Below the pieces are notes generated by a model that saw only the letters and a list, made by a program, of their open reading frames with translations, had not been told where the DNA came from and searched no databases. A stretch of 40,143 bases of DNA from an uncultured Anaerolineales bacterium (lineage in GTDB: Bacteria; Chloroflexota; Anaerolineae; UBA2200). The DNA lies in the NCBI GenBank assembly GCA_964478725.1, contig CAYZKS010000004.1:9031-49173 (forward strand), read 5' to 3'. Shown piece by piece: positions 26,738 through 36,460 of this stretch. The translations under genes and the position numbers were made by a program. How positions within the stretch are numbered: the first letter of the stretch is position 1; each line of letters begins with the position of its first letter.

Positions 26738-27829
26738 TTGAAAGCAGCTATTGTTTGCTCCTGGCTAAATCAATACGGAGGAGCCGAACGGGTGCTGGAA
26801 GTGGTGCATGCCCTATACCCAGAGGCGCCCGTCTTCACTTCCATCTTTCGCCCCGAGGCCCTGCCGGCAGCGTATCGGGACTGGGATGTGCGGCCATCCC
26901 CACTGAACCAGTTGCCCAGGGCAAACAGGCACCATCAATGGCTGTTGCCTCTGTACGCTTACACCTTCGAGCACATGGATCTTTCAGGCTACGACCTGGT
27001 GCTCAGCGTCACCAGCGCCTTTGCGCACGGCGTGCACACCAGCCCGCACGCCGCGCACATCTGCTACTGCCTGACCCCTGCACGCTTCTTGTGGGATTAT
27101 GACGCTTACGTAGCACGAGAGAACCTCGGGCGCGCCGTGCGCGTCGTGCTGCCATTGCTGATACGCAGCCTGCGGCGCTGGGATCGTCAGGTCGCTGAGC
27201 GGGTGACAGAGTTCGTGGGCATCTCCAAGGTGGTGCAACAGCGCATATTGCAGGTCTACGGGCGCGATGCAGAGGTCATCTATCCTCCCACAGATGTGCA
27301 GCGCTTCCGGCCATCGCTGCAGCATGCAGACTACTTTCTTATCATGTCCAGACTTGTGCCCTACAAGCGCATTGACCTGGCCGTGCAAGCCCTTAGCCGC
27401 CTGGGTCTTCCGCTGGTCGTCATCGGCGAGGGGCGTGATCGGCCGGCTTTGGAGGCCATGGCTGCGCCCAACGTGCGCTTCCTTGGATGGGTAGACGATG
27501 CAGCGGCCGGCCTCTACATGGCGGGCTGTCGCGCCTTGATCTTTCCTGGGGAGGAGGACTTTGGCATTGCCCCGGTCGAGGCACAGGCTGCTGGGAGGCC
27601 CGTGATCGCCTATGCGGGCGGAGGCGCGCTCGAGACCATTGTCGAAGGTGTCACCGGACTGTTCTTTCGAGAGCAGACGCCCGAATCATTGGCCGATGCG
27701 ATCACACGCTTCCGTGACCAAGATTTCGAGCCGCAGTTCATTCACCAGCATGCTTTGCGCTTCGACCGCTCGGAATTCGTGCGCAGGTTTCGAGAACTCG
27801 TACGCAGCAGGTACAATCAGTCGGCCTAG
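26738..27829 (+). CDS. Glycosyltransferase family 4 (WbaZ-like)
   Basis: GGAERV, SRLVPYKR, EDFGIAPVEAQAAG. Confidence 0.9.
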   Translation: MKAAIVCSWLNQYGGAERVLEVVHALYPEAPVFTSIFRPEALPAAYRDWDVRPSPLNQLPRANRHHQWLLPLYAYTFEHMDLSGYDLVLSVTSAFAHGVHTSPHAAHICYCLTPARFLWDYDAYVARENLGRAVRVVLPLLIRSLRRWDRQVAERVTEFVGISKVVQQRILQVYGRDAEVIYPPTDVQRFRPSLQHADYFLIMSRLVPYKRIDLAVQALSRLGLPLVVIGEGRDRPALEAMAAPNVRFLGWVDDAAAGLYMAGCRALIFPGEEDFGIAPVEAQAAGRPVIAYAGGGALETIVEGVTGLFFREQTPESLADAITRFRDQDFEPQFIHQHALRFDRSEFVRRFRELVRSRYNQSA

Positions 27830-27843
27830 AAGGAGCCCGCCTC

Positions 27844-28560
27844 ATGGAATTGCGTCAGTATTGGCAGATTGTTCGCCGCAGGTTGTGGGTTGTGGCCGCG
27901 CTGTTGCTGATCGTGGGCGTGGCCAGCTTGCTACTCCGTCCCTCGCGCGCACCTGCGTTCCAGACCAGCATGCGTTTCATGCTCGGCGTGCAACCAGAGA
28001 CCAGGACCGGTGACTATTACACCTACGACAAGTACTACACCTGGCTCACTGCGGAGTACCTGGTGGACGACGTGGCAGAACTGGTGCGCAGTGGAGCCTT
28101 TGCGCAGTCGGTAAGCGACAAGCTGAAAAGCCAAGGCATCTCCATCCCGGTGGGGGTCATCCAGGGTTCGACGCAGTCAGGGCGCTTGCACCGCATCCTG
28201 ACGGTGTCTATCACATGGGGCGACGCGGCACAACTCGCTCACATCGCCAACGCGGTAGCAGAGCTGCTGCCAGCTCAAATCGCCCGCCATCTCGCTTCAG
28301 TAGGACAGAGCGACGTGACTGCCAGTCTGATTGACCCGCCCGCCATCGGCGCGGTCGGCTCCAGCTTGAGGGACAAGCTGGACCTGCCCATCAGGCTGAT
28401 CCTGGCGCTGCTGGCAGGGCTCGTGCTGGCCTTTGTGCTGGACTATTTGGATGAGAGCGTGCGATCTAGACAGGAAATCGAGTCCACGGGCTTACAGGTC
28501 GTGGCAGAGATTCCTGCGTTTCCCCGTTCAATCAGATGGGCTGGGCGGCGCGCACCCTAG
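27844..28560 (+). CDS. Wzz/CapA (YveK-like) polysaccharide co-polymerase
   Basis: MELRQYWQIVRRR, two TMs, DYLDESVRS..EIE tail. Confidence 0.8.
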   Translation: MELRQYWQIVRRRLWVVAALLLIVGVASLLLRPSRAPAFQTSMRFMLGVQPETRTGDYYTYDKYYTWLTAEYLVDDVAELVRSGAFAQSVSDKLKSQGISIPVGVIQGSTQSGRLHRILTVSITWGDAAQLAHIANAVAELLPAQIARHLASVGQSDVTASLIDPPAIGAVGSSLRDKLDLPIRLILALLAGLVLAFVLDYLDESVRSRQEIESTGLQVVAEIPAFPRSIRWAGRRAP

Positions 28561-28670
28561 CCCGGTGAGGGCGCAACCGGCAGGGATTCTTCAGCGGGCG
28601 GGTGGCGCAGATAGCACAAGAAACCGGATTTCTGCTCTTAACGGGGGGCGTTCGCAGCGGCTCGGGGCAA

Positions 28671-28699
28671 TTGCCCGAACCATCCGGCTATGCTACAAT
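28671..28699 (+). promoter_or_regulatory. Putative internal promoter
   Basis: TTGCCC-17nt-TACAAT with extended TG. Confidence 0.55.
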
Positions 28700-28752
28700 A
28701 GGTGCGTTGTCCTGGTGAGCTTGGCACGACGTACCCCTCCGAGGAGGCTGGC

Positions 28753-29418
28753 TTGGACCTGAAAGACTATGTGAGGGTTCTTCAGAAACGCGGGTGGATC
28801 ATCTTGCTGGTGGCGGCGGTTACCGCCGTCGCCACGTTTGCCTTCTGCAAACTGCAGACAGTGACCTACCGCTCGAGCATCCAATTGAACGTGATCCCGG
28901 CGCGCCTGGACTGGGGACTGCAGCAGACCATCAAAGGCCTCATGCGCAACTACAGCGGCCAGATCAAGTCGCGCACACTAGTGGAGTCGGTAGTAAACCG
29001 GCAGCAACTCGACATGAGCGTGGATGACGTCTTGCGCAAAATGACCGTGAGCCCGATCGAATCGGACTTTATCATTCAGATCGACGTGGACGACATTGAC
29101 GCCACACGCGCGCAGGTGATCGCTCAGGCAGCGGCCGAGATCTTTGTGGAAGACATACGCGTCTACATGTTGGAGCAGGACAAGAGCGACCGGGTGGACG
29201 TGACCATTCGTGACCCGGCCAGCGCCGGTTACGTCTACTGGCCCAAGACCGGTCTGCTTACGCTGGCTGGTGGGCTGTTTGGCTTGTTGTCGGGTGCACT
29301 GGCAGTGATCGGTCTGGAGATGCTGGCATCCGACATCATCCGCGATCAGCGCGACCTGGAGCGCCGCACAGGCCTCAGCACAATCGGCTCCATACCCAGA
29401 CAGCCCGTGAAGTCATAG
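28753..29418 (+). CDS. Second Wzz/CapA (YveK-like) co-polymerase
   Basis: TTG start after GAGGAGG; DLKDYVRVL, two TMs, GLSTIGSIP tail. Confidence 0.8.
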   Translation: MDLKDYVRVLQKRGWIILLVAAVTAVATFAFCKLQTVTYRSSIQLNVIPARLDWGLQQTIKGLMRNYSGQIKSRTLVESVVNRQQLDMSVDDVLRKMTVSPIESDFIIQIDVDDIDATRAQVIAQAAAEIFVEDIRVYMLEQDKSDRVDVTIRDPASAGYVYWPKTGLLTLAGGLFGLLSGALAVIGLEMLASDIIRDQRDLERRTGLSTIGSIPRQPVKS

Positions 29419-29542
29419 TAGCGCTGGAAACCGGGCCCATCAGCCAAGCACCGCTGAACGTTACTTCGATGCAGCCGCGATTGGCCATGGATCATTCACT
29501 ATAGCCATTTAAGTGTTCATTTTCTTGTGGAGGTCCAAGCAC

Positions 29543-30247
29543 ATGACCGAAACATCCAAAACCGCACTCAGCGATCTGCTCGTCACCGTCACCAGCCCTC
29601 GGTCGCCGGCCAGCGAGGCGTACCGTACTCTCCGCACCAACCTGCAGTTCATCAGCCCGGACAAACCCCTGCACGCGCTGATGATCACGTCGCCCGGCCC
29701 CGAGGAGGGCAAGTCCACCATGCTCGCCAACCTGGCGGTGGCCATGGCGCAGGGAGAGAAGAAGGTCATACTGGTGGACTGTGATCTGCGCCGGCCCAGC
29801 CTGCACAAGCTGTTTGGCCTGGCCCATAAGCGCGGCCTCACCACCATGATGGTGGACGACAAGGCCCTGGCTGATCCACCGCTGCAGGATACGGGCGTGG
29901 CCGGGCTGCGGTTGTTGGCCAGTGGCGAGCTGCCGCCCAGCCCCTCCGATCTGCTGGGCTCGCAACGCATGGATCGCGTATTGGCGATGCTGCGCGAGCG
30001 AGCCGACGTGGTGCTGCTCGATGCGCCGCCGGTACTGGCAGCCAGCGACGCTGCCATTCTGGCTACGAAGGTGGACGGCGTGCTTCTGGTCGTGGCGGCC
30101 GGACAGACCAAGCGAGACGGCGTGCAAGCTGCCAAAGCCAAGCTGGAGAAGGTGAACGCGCGCGTGCTTGGGGCCGTATTGACCAACATGCCTCTGGACG
30201 CCAGCCTGCAACGCTACTACTATGCCAAGGAAGAGGACGCACAATGA
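29543..30247 (+). CDS. CpsD/CapB family tyrosine kinase
   Basis: SEAYRTLRTN, EGKST, DCDLRRP, DAPP, C-terminal YYY. Confidence 0.93.
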   Translation: MTETSKTALSDLLVTVTSPRSPASEAYRTLRTNLQFISPDKPLHALMITSPGPEEGKSTMLANLAVAMAQGEKKVILVDCDLRRPSLHKLFGLAHKRGLTTMMVDDKALADPPLQDTGVAGLRLLASGELPPSPSDLLGSQRMDRVLAMLRERADVVLLDAPPVLAASDAAILATKVDGVLLVVAAGQTKRDGVQAAKAKLEKVNARVLGAVLTNMPLDASLQRYYYAKEEDAQ

Positions 30248-31308
30248 AAGGCTTGATCCTGAGCGGAGGCAAAGGCACGCGTCTGTATCCCCTGACCTAC
30301 ACATGCGCCAAGCAGCTTGTGCCGGTGGCCAACAAGCCCGTGCTCTTCCGCGTGATCGAATCCATCAAGGACGCAGGCATTCAGGAGATCGGCGTGGTGG
30401 TGGGCGACACCGCCCCGGAAATCCGGGAGGCCGTCGGCGATGGCTCGCGCTGGAACGTCAAGATCACGTACATTCCTCAGGAGGCGCCACTGGGCCTGGC
30501 CCACGCCGTCAAGATCTCCGAAGGCTTCCTGGGCCAGGAGCGCTTTGTGATGTTCCTCGGTGACAACGTCATCCAGGGCGGCATCTCTGGCTTGATTCGC
30601 CAGTTCGAGAACTCGGACTGTAACGCTCAGATCGTGCTCACCAAGGTAGCGAACCCGCAGCAGTACGGAGTAGCCGTGCTCAAGAACGGCACCATCGTGC
30701 GCTTGATCGAGAAGCCGCGCGACCCGCCAAGCGACTTGGCCCTGGTAGGCATCTACATGTTCGACCACAGCGTGTTTCAGGCGGTCAACAACATCAAGCC
30801 GTCCTGGCGTAACGAGCTTGAGATCACCGATGCCATCCAGTACCTGGTGGATCATGGCGCGACGGTCCGGCCATACGTGCATACCGGCTGGTGGATCGAC
30901 ACGGGCGCGCCCGGTGACATGCTGGACGCCAACCGCCTGGTCCTGGACGAGATGGAGCCCAAGGTCGAGGGCTATGTAGATCGCGCCTCCAAGCTCATCG
31001 GCAAGGTCATCGTGCAAAAGGGCGCGGAGGTGATCGGCAGCGTGGTCCGCGGCCCTGCCATCATCGGGGAGGAAACGCGCATCCTCAACGCCTACATCGG
31101 TCCCTTCACCTCGGTCTACCACCACGTCCTGGTGGAAAGAAGCGAGATCGAACATTCCATCGTGCTGGAGCACAGCCGCATTGTGGACATCTCCCAGCGC
31201 ATCGAGAACAGTCTGATCGGCCGCAACGTGGAAATCGTGCGTTCTCCACTGTTGCCCAAAGCCTTCAAGATGACGCTTGGTGACAACAGCAAGGTGGGGC
31301 TGCTGTGA
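30244..31308 (+). CDS. rmlA: Glucose-1-phosphate thymidylyltransferase (long form)
   Basis: GGKGTRLYPLT, KQLVPVANKP, LGDN, EKP, ELEITD, WIDTG. Confidence 0.93.
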   Translation: MKGLILSGGKGTRLYPLTYTCAKQLVPVANKPVLFRVIESIKDAGIQEIGVVVGDTAPEIREAVGDGSRWNVKITYIPQEAPLGLAHAVKISEGFLGQERFVMFLGDNVIQGGISGLIRQFENSDCNAQIVLTKVANPQQYGVAVLKNGTIVRLIEKPRDPPSDLALVGIYMFDHSVFQAVNNIKPSWRNELEITDAIQYLVDHGATVRPYVHTGWWIDTGAPGDMLDANRLVLDEMEPKVEGYVDRASKLIGKVIVQKGAEVIGSVVRGPAIIGEETRILNAYIGPFTSVYHHVLVERSEIEHSIVLEHSRIVDISQRIENSLIGRNVEIVRSPLLPKAFKMTLGDNSKVGLL

Positions 31309-31317
31309 GAAAGATCA

Positions 31318-31385
31318 AGAAATCGGGTTTCTGAGAGAAACCCGATTTCTGAGAGAAGACGGGTTTCCTGCAAAACCCGTGTTCT
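31318..31385. repeat. REP-like tandem palindromes
   Basis: AGAAATCGGGTTTCT-GAG-AGAAACCCGATTTCT plus a second degenerate pair. Confidence 0.8.
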
Positions 31386-31400
31386 AGAAGGTTGGTTTGC

Positions 31401-32786
31401 GTGCGAACGACGCTAGTTTGCCCGGGCATCACGGGCAAAGGCTTCAACAGCCTGGGACAGGGCATGGACTCGGGCTGGATCAGTCACGGGCTTGCCATTC
31501 TGGCCGCCTGCGCCAAGGCCAAGGGCTTCGAGGTCGACCTGCTGGACCTGCGCGCCCTGCGCGATTGGGAGCATTTCCGCTCCGAGCTGTCGGCGCGCCA
31601 GCCCGACGTAGTCGGCGTCAGCATGATGAGCGCGGACTATAACCCAGCCATGCAATGCCTGAGCCATGTGCGCGAACTGCTACCTCAGGCGGTGACCATC
31701 GTCGGCGGGCCGCACCCCACGCTGATGCTCGACGAGGTCAAAGACGAACCGGCCATCGACCACGTCTTCCTGGGCGAGGCCGAGATCACTCTGCCTGCCT
31801 TCCTGGAGCAGTTGCAGCGCGGCGAGAAACCGCCGCGCGTGATTCCACCCATCCAGCCCGACCTGGACGCCATCCCCTTTGCCGACCACGAGTTCTTTCT
31901 GCAAGAGTGGCGCAAGTGGGGCTACGCATTGGATTCGCCCGAAGCTCCGTTCGTCCCCGAACTGCCGCCGCCGTTCGTGACCATCATCGCCGGACGGGGG
32001 TGCATCTACAATTGCAGCTATTGCCAGCCCGCCGAGCGCATCATTTTCGGACGGAAGGTGCGCCGCCGCAGCGTCCCCAACGTGCTGGCCGAGCTGACAC
32101 AGTTGCGCGAACATTACCACTTCAAAAGCTTCATGTTCCACGACGACTGCCTCACCGAGGACCGCGAGTGGGTGATGCAATTCTGTGAAGCCTACCGCGC
32201 AGCCGGATTCGCACAACCCTTTTTCTGCCAGAGCCGCGCCGACATCATCGTCAAGAACGAGGACATGGTGCGGTTGATGGCCGAAGTGGGACTGAAAGGT
32301 TACCTGATCGGCTTTGAGAGCGGCAGCGACCGCGTGCTCAAGTTCATTCGCAAGGGCACCAAGCGCTGGCACAACCTGGAGGCAGCGCGCATCTGTAAGA
32401 AGTACGGCATCTCCATCTGGGCCAATTACATGCTGGGCCTGCCCACCGAGACCCAGGAAGAGGTCATGCAGACCGTCTCCATGCTCAAGCAGATCGACCC
32501 GGATTATTACAGCCCGGCCTTTTACACGCCGCATCCGGGCAGCGACCTGTATACTTACTGCGTGCAGAACGACCTGTCGCTAATCCAGAGCCACGACTCG
32601 TACCGCCGCAACCCGGACGAGGCCAAGATCAAGGGCGTGGACTATGGCTGGCTGGCCGGAGCGCTGGCCGAATCGCAGCGGCGCACCTGGCCCAACCGCA
32701 TGAAGCGCCAGGCGCGCTACTATTGGAAGCGCTACGCGCAGCCGAAAAAGATCGCGCGCAAACTGAGGTCGTGGGCCGGTGGCTGA
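31401..32786 (+). CDS. B12-binding domain radical SAM protein
   Basis: IVGGPHPT, GEAE, RGCIYNCSYC (CX3CX2C), GFESG, GLPTET; start 31392 or 31401. Confidence 0.9.
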   Translation: MRTTLVCPGITGKGFNSLGQGMDSGWISHGLAILAACAKAKGFEVDLLDLRALRDWEHFRSELSARQPDVVGVSMMSADYNPAMQCLSHVRELLPQAVTIVGGPHPTLMLDEVKDEPAIDHVFLGEAEITLPAFLEQLQRGEKPPRVIPPIQPDLDAIPFADHEFFLQEWRKWGYALDSPEAPFVPELPPPFVTIIAGRGCIYNCSYCQPAERIIFGRKVRRRSVPNVLAELTQLREHYHFKSFMFHDDCLTEDREWVMQFCEAYRAAGFAQPFFCQSRADIIVKNEDMVRLMAEVGLKGYLIGFESGSDRVLKFIRKGTKRWHNLEAARICKKYGISIWANYMLGLPTETQEEVMQTVSMLKQIDPDYYSPAFYTPHPGSDLYTYCVQNDLSLIQSHDSYRRNPDEAKIKGVDYGWLAGALAESQRRTWPNRMKRQARYYWKRYAQPKKIARKLRSWAGG

Positions 32787-32787
32787 G

Positions 32788-32886
32788 GGTTTGCAGTTGG
32801 CAGTTTGCAGTATGCAGTATGTGTCTGGCGGCGAGCAATCGGCAATACGGTTCCCGACTGCCTACTGACAACTGCCAACTGAGAAC
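32788..32886. repeat. Inverted arrays of 7-bp repeats
   Basis: TGCAGTT GGCAGTT TGCAGTA TGCAGTA ... GACTGCC TACTGAC AACTGCC AACTGAG. Confidence 0.8.
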
Positions 32887-32909
32887 ACAAAACTTCAGAG
32901 GAGCATGCT

Positions 32910-33938
32910 TTGCGTAATCTCTTCATCGCCGGCGGCGCCGGCTTCATCGGCAGCAACTTTGCCCGCCACATCCTGAACAAGTACCCGGACTATCACGTGC
33001 TGGTGTACGACAAGCTCACCTACGCCGGCAACCTGGACAACCTGCGTGACCTCGAAGGGAATCCGCGCTACGCCTTTGTGCACGGGGACATCTGCGATGC
33101 CGAGGGCGTGGCCAAGGCCATTCGCGAGCAGCGCGTGGATACCATCATCAACTTTGCCGCCGAGACGCACGTGGATCGCTCCATCATGGACCCCGACGCC
33201 TTCATCCAGACCGACGTCTATGGAACCTACGTGCTGCTGGAGGCTGCCCGCAAGTTCAAGCTCGAACGCTATCACCAGGTGTCGACCGACGAGGTCTACG
33301 GCCACGTGCCGGGCGATCACCGTTCTGTGGAGACGGATGCGCTGGTTCCGCGCAGCCCCTACGCCGCCAGCAAGGCCGGCGGCGACCTAATGACCCTTGC
33401 CTACTATGTCACGCACGGCTTGCCTGCCACTCTGACCCGCGGCGCCAACAACGTCGGTCCCTACCAGTACCCGGAAAAGGTGCTGCCGGTGTTTGTCACC
33501 AACGCCATTGACGACCTGCCGCTGCCCGTCTATGGCGACGGCAAGCAGCGCCGCGACTACCAGTACGTGCTCGACCATTGCGAGGCGCTGGACCTGGTGC
33601 TCCACCAGGGTAAGCTCGGCGAGGTATACAACGTGGGCACTGGAACCGAGATGGAGAACCTGGCTATGGTGGAGATTCTGCTGGATGAGCTGGGCAAACC
33701 GCGCAGCCTGATCCAGCACGTCACCGACCGTCCTGGCCATGACCGGCGCTACTGCCTGAACGTGGACAAGCTCAAGTCGCTGGGCTGGCAGCCGCGCTAC
33801 AGCCACGAACAGGCCATCCGTGCCACCGCGCGCTGGTACGCGGCCAATCAGGACTGGTGGCGCAAGATCAAGTCCGGCGAGCGCTACCGGGAGTACTACC
33901 AACAGAATTATGGACAGCGCCAGGTGCTCAAACCCTGA
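32910..33938 (+). CDS. rmlB: dTDP-glucose 4,6-dehydratase
   Basis: GGAGFIGSNF, DKLTYAGN, AAETHVDRS, STDEVYG, YAASK, DRPGHDRRY. Confidence 0.95.
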   Translation: MRNLFIAGGAGFIGSNFARHILNKYPDYHVLVYDKLTYAGNLDNLRDLEGNPRYAFVHGDICDAEGVAKAIREQRVDTIINFAAETHVDRSIMDPDAFIQTDVYGTYVLLEAARKFKLERYHQVSTDEVYGHVPGDHRSVETDALVPRSPYAASKAGGDLMTLAYYVTHGLPATLTRGANNVGPYQYPEKVLPVFVTNAIDDLPLPVYGDGKQRRDYQYVLDHCEALDLVLHQGKLGEVYNVGTGTEMENLAMVEILLDELGKPRSLIQHVTDRPGHDRRYCLNVDKLKSLGWQPRYSHEQAIRATARWYAANQDWWRKIKSGERYREYYQQNYGQRQVLKP

Positions 33939-33956
33939 GGCCTCCTTGGACAGGGT

Positions 33957-33985
33957 TTGACAAAACCGTGCACCTGTGATAGCAT
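33957..33985 (+). promoter_or_regulatory. Promoter of the SAM riboswitch leader
   Basis: TTGACA-17nt-TAGCAT with extended TG. Confidence 0.7.
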
Positions 33986-34019
33986 AGCCCCGCTCTCAAA
34001 CTGAATACACGATTGCGAA

Positions 34020-34212
34020 CTCTTATCCAGAGGGGTGGAGGGACCGGCCCGTTGAAGCCCCGGCAACCAAGGTAGTCAAGTAGTCCGCTTGTCGCCGATC
34101 CGTTGGTCGGACAGTGGACGAGCAGACTGGGAATCACTGGACTAGCTATGGTGCCAACTCCGGCAGATCTCGCCCGCACGCGCGGCAGGCGATGTCGTCT
34201 GGAAGATGAGAG
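34020..34212 (+). ncRNA. SAM-I (S-box) riboswitch
   Basis: CTCTTATCCAGAG..GGAGGGAC.GGCCC..GAAGCC.CGGCAACC...GGTGCCAACTCC.GCAG...CTGGAAGATGAGAG. Confidence 0.95.
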
Positions 34213-34225
34213 GGAAGCGAATGCC

Positions 34226-34252
34226 TTCTCTCCCATCGGGAGAGAATTTTTT
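34226..34252 (+). terminator. Riboswitch-controlled terminator
   Basis: TTCTCTCCC-ATC-GGGAGAGAA-TTTTTT; the 5' arm can alternatively pair with GAGAGGGAAG at the P1 3' strand. Confidence 0.9.
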
Positions 34253-34350
34253 GTGCAGTGCACTGGGCTCTTCGCCAACCATGTGGAGACGTAGGGCTAC
34301 ACTGGGCAGTTTGTGCTTGTTTCGGGGCGGCTGCCAGCCCGGGGGCTGAG

Positions 34351-35394
<1,044 letters not shown>

Positions 35395-35396
35395 GC

Positions 35397-36443
35397 ATGG
35401 CTGACAAGTTCAATCCTGCATGGCTGCCCATGACCGTGGGGAGCTTGCCGCTCACCAGCGTTGCCGAGGCCTGGGCGTGGACGCTCCAGTATACGCCCGA
35501 GTTGCCCGTCTGGCCGCAGTTGCCCAAGCGCTCCTACCTGGAGAACATGTACGCTCAATTCTCGGAGGGCTTTCCGGGCGTGGTTGTGGATCTGGAAGCC
35601 GAACGTACCTTTGTGGACCGAACACGTGACCTGGACCGGGATATGGAACGGCTGTACATGTCCTACCTGCAGAACGATCTGGAATACGGTGCTCTCAGCC
35701 CCGAGTACGCCGCTGCACTGCATCATCTGCTGCAGACCCCGGGTCTGTTGCCGGCTCCGCCTTTGGCCATCAAGGGACAGGTCACCGGGCCCATCAGTTG
35801 GGGCCTTACGGTCGTGGATCAGGACCGCCGTCCCCTGCTGTACGACGAGGTTATGGCCGACGCTATCGGTAAGCATCTGCGGCTCAAGGCGGCATGGCAG
35901 GAACGCACGCTGCGCCCCTTTGCGCCGCGGACGATCATGTTCGTGGATGAGCCATACATGAGCTCATACGGTTCGGGCTTTGTCTCACTGAACCGGGAGC
36001 AGGTATTAGCCCTGCTGGAGGAAGTGTTCGCAGGCATCTCTGACCTCAAGGGCGTGCACTGCTGCGGTAACACGGATTGGTCTGTGCTCTTGAGCACGTC
36101 GGTGGACATCCTAAGCCTCGATGCTTACACCTATGCCGAATCGCTGGCGCTCTATCCCGAGGCACTCGCAGCCTTCCTGGAGCGCGGTGGCATCATCGCC
36201 TGGGGCATCGTTCCCTCTGGTGTGGAGGCCATGAGCGAGACGGCAGAAGATCTGGTGACCCGACTGCACGGAGCATTGGAACTTCTGGTGAACAAGGGCA
36301 TCGCCATGGATCGGCTGCTTGCGAGTGGCCTCATCACGCCCTCCTGTGGCACGGGCTCTTTGGAGCCATCGGTATCCGAACGTGTGCTGGCGCTCACGGC
36401 AGAGGTCTCGGCCTTGATGCGCAGACGCTACATCGCAGCCTGA
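35397..36443 (+). CDS. Single-barrel core methionine synthase (MesB-like)
   Basis: WPQLP, KGQVTGP, DEP, putative Zn ligands in HCCG, SLD and ITPSCG; 348 aa with no MetE N-terminal barrel. Confidence 0.8.
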   Translation: MADKFNPAWLPMTVGSLPLTSVAEAWAWTLQYTPELPVWPQLPKRSYLENMYAQFSEGFPGVVVDLEAERTFVDRTRDLDRDMERLYMSYLQNDLEYGALSPEYAAALHHLLQTPGLLPAPPLAIKGQVTGPISWGLTVVDQDRRPLLYDEVMADAIGKHLRLKAAWQERTLRPFAPRTIMFVDEPYMSSYGSGFVSLNREQVLALLEEVFAGISDLKGVHCCGNTDWSVLLSTSVDILSLDAYTYAESLALYPEALAAFLERGGIIAWGIVPSGVEAMSETAEDLVTRLHGALELLVNKGIAMDRLLASGLITPSCGTGSLEPSVSERVLALTAEVSALMRRRYIAA

Positions 36444-36460
36444 TCATTGGGAGAGAGAAC

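Noticed and set aside
31318-31385. Possible mini-CRISPR
   Set aside because: No unique spacers and no cas genes.
36077-36460. N-terminal extensions in the ORF track (PfkB; also DUF951, mtnA, ahcY, cpaE, TadE 8507)
   Set aside because: They overlap upstream genes, promoters or leaders; downstream starts have an RBS and match family N-termini.
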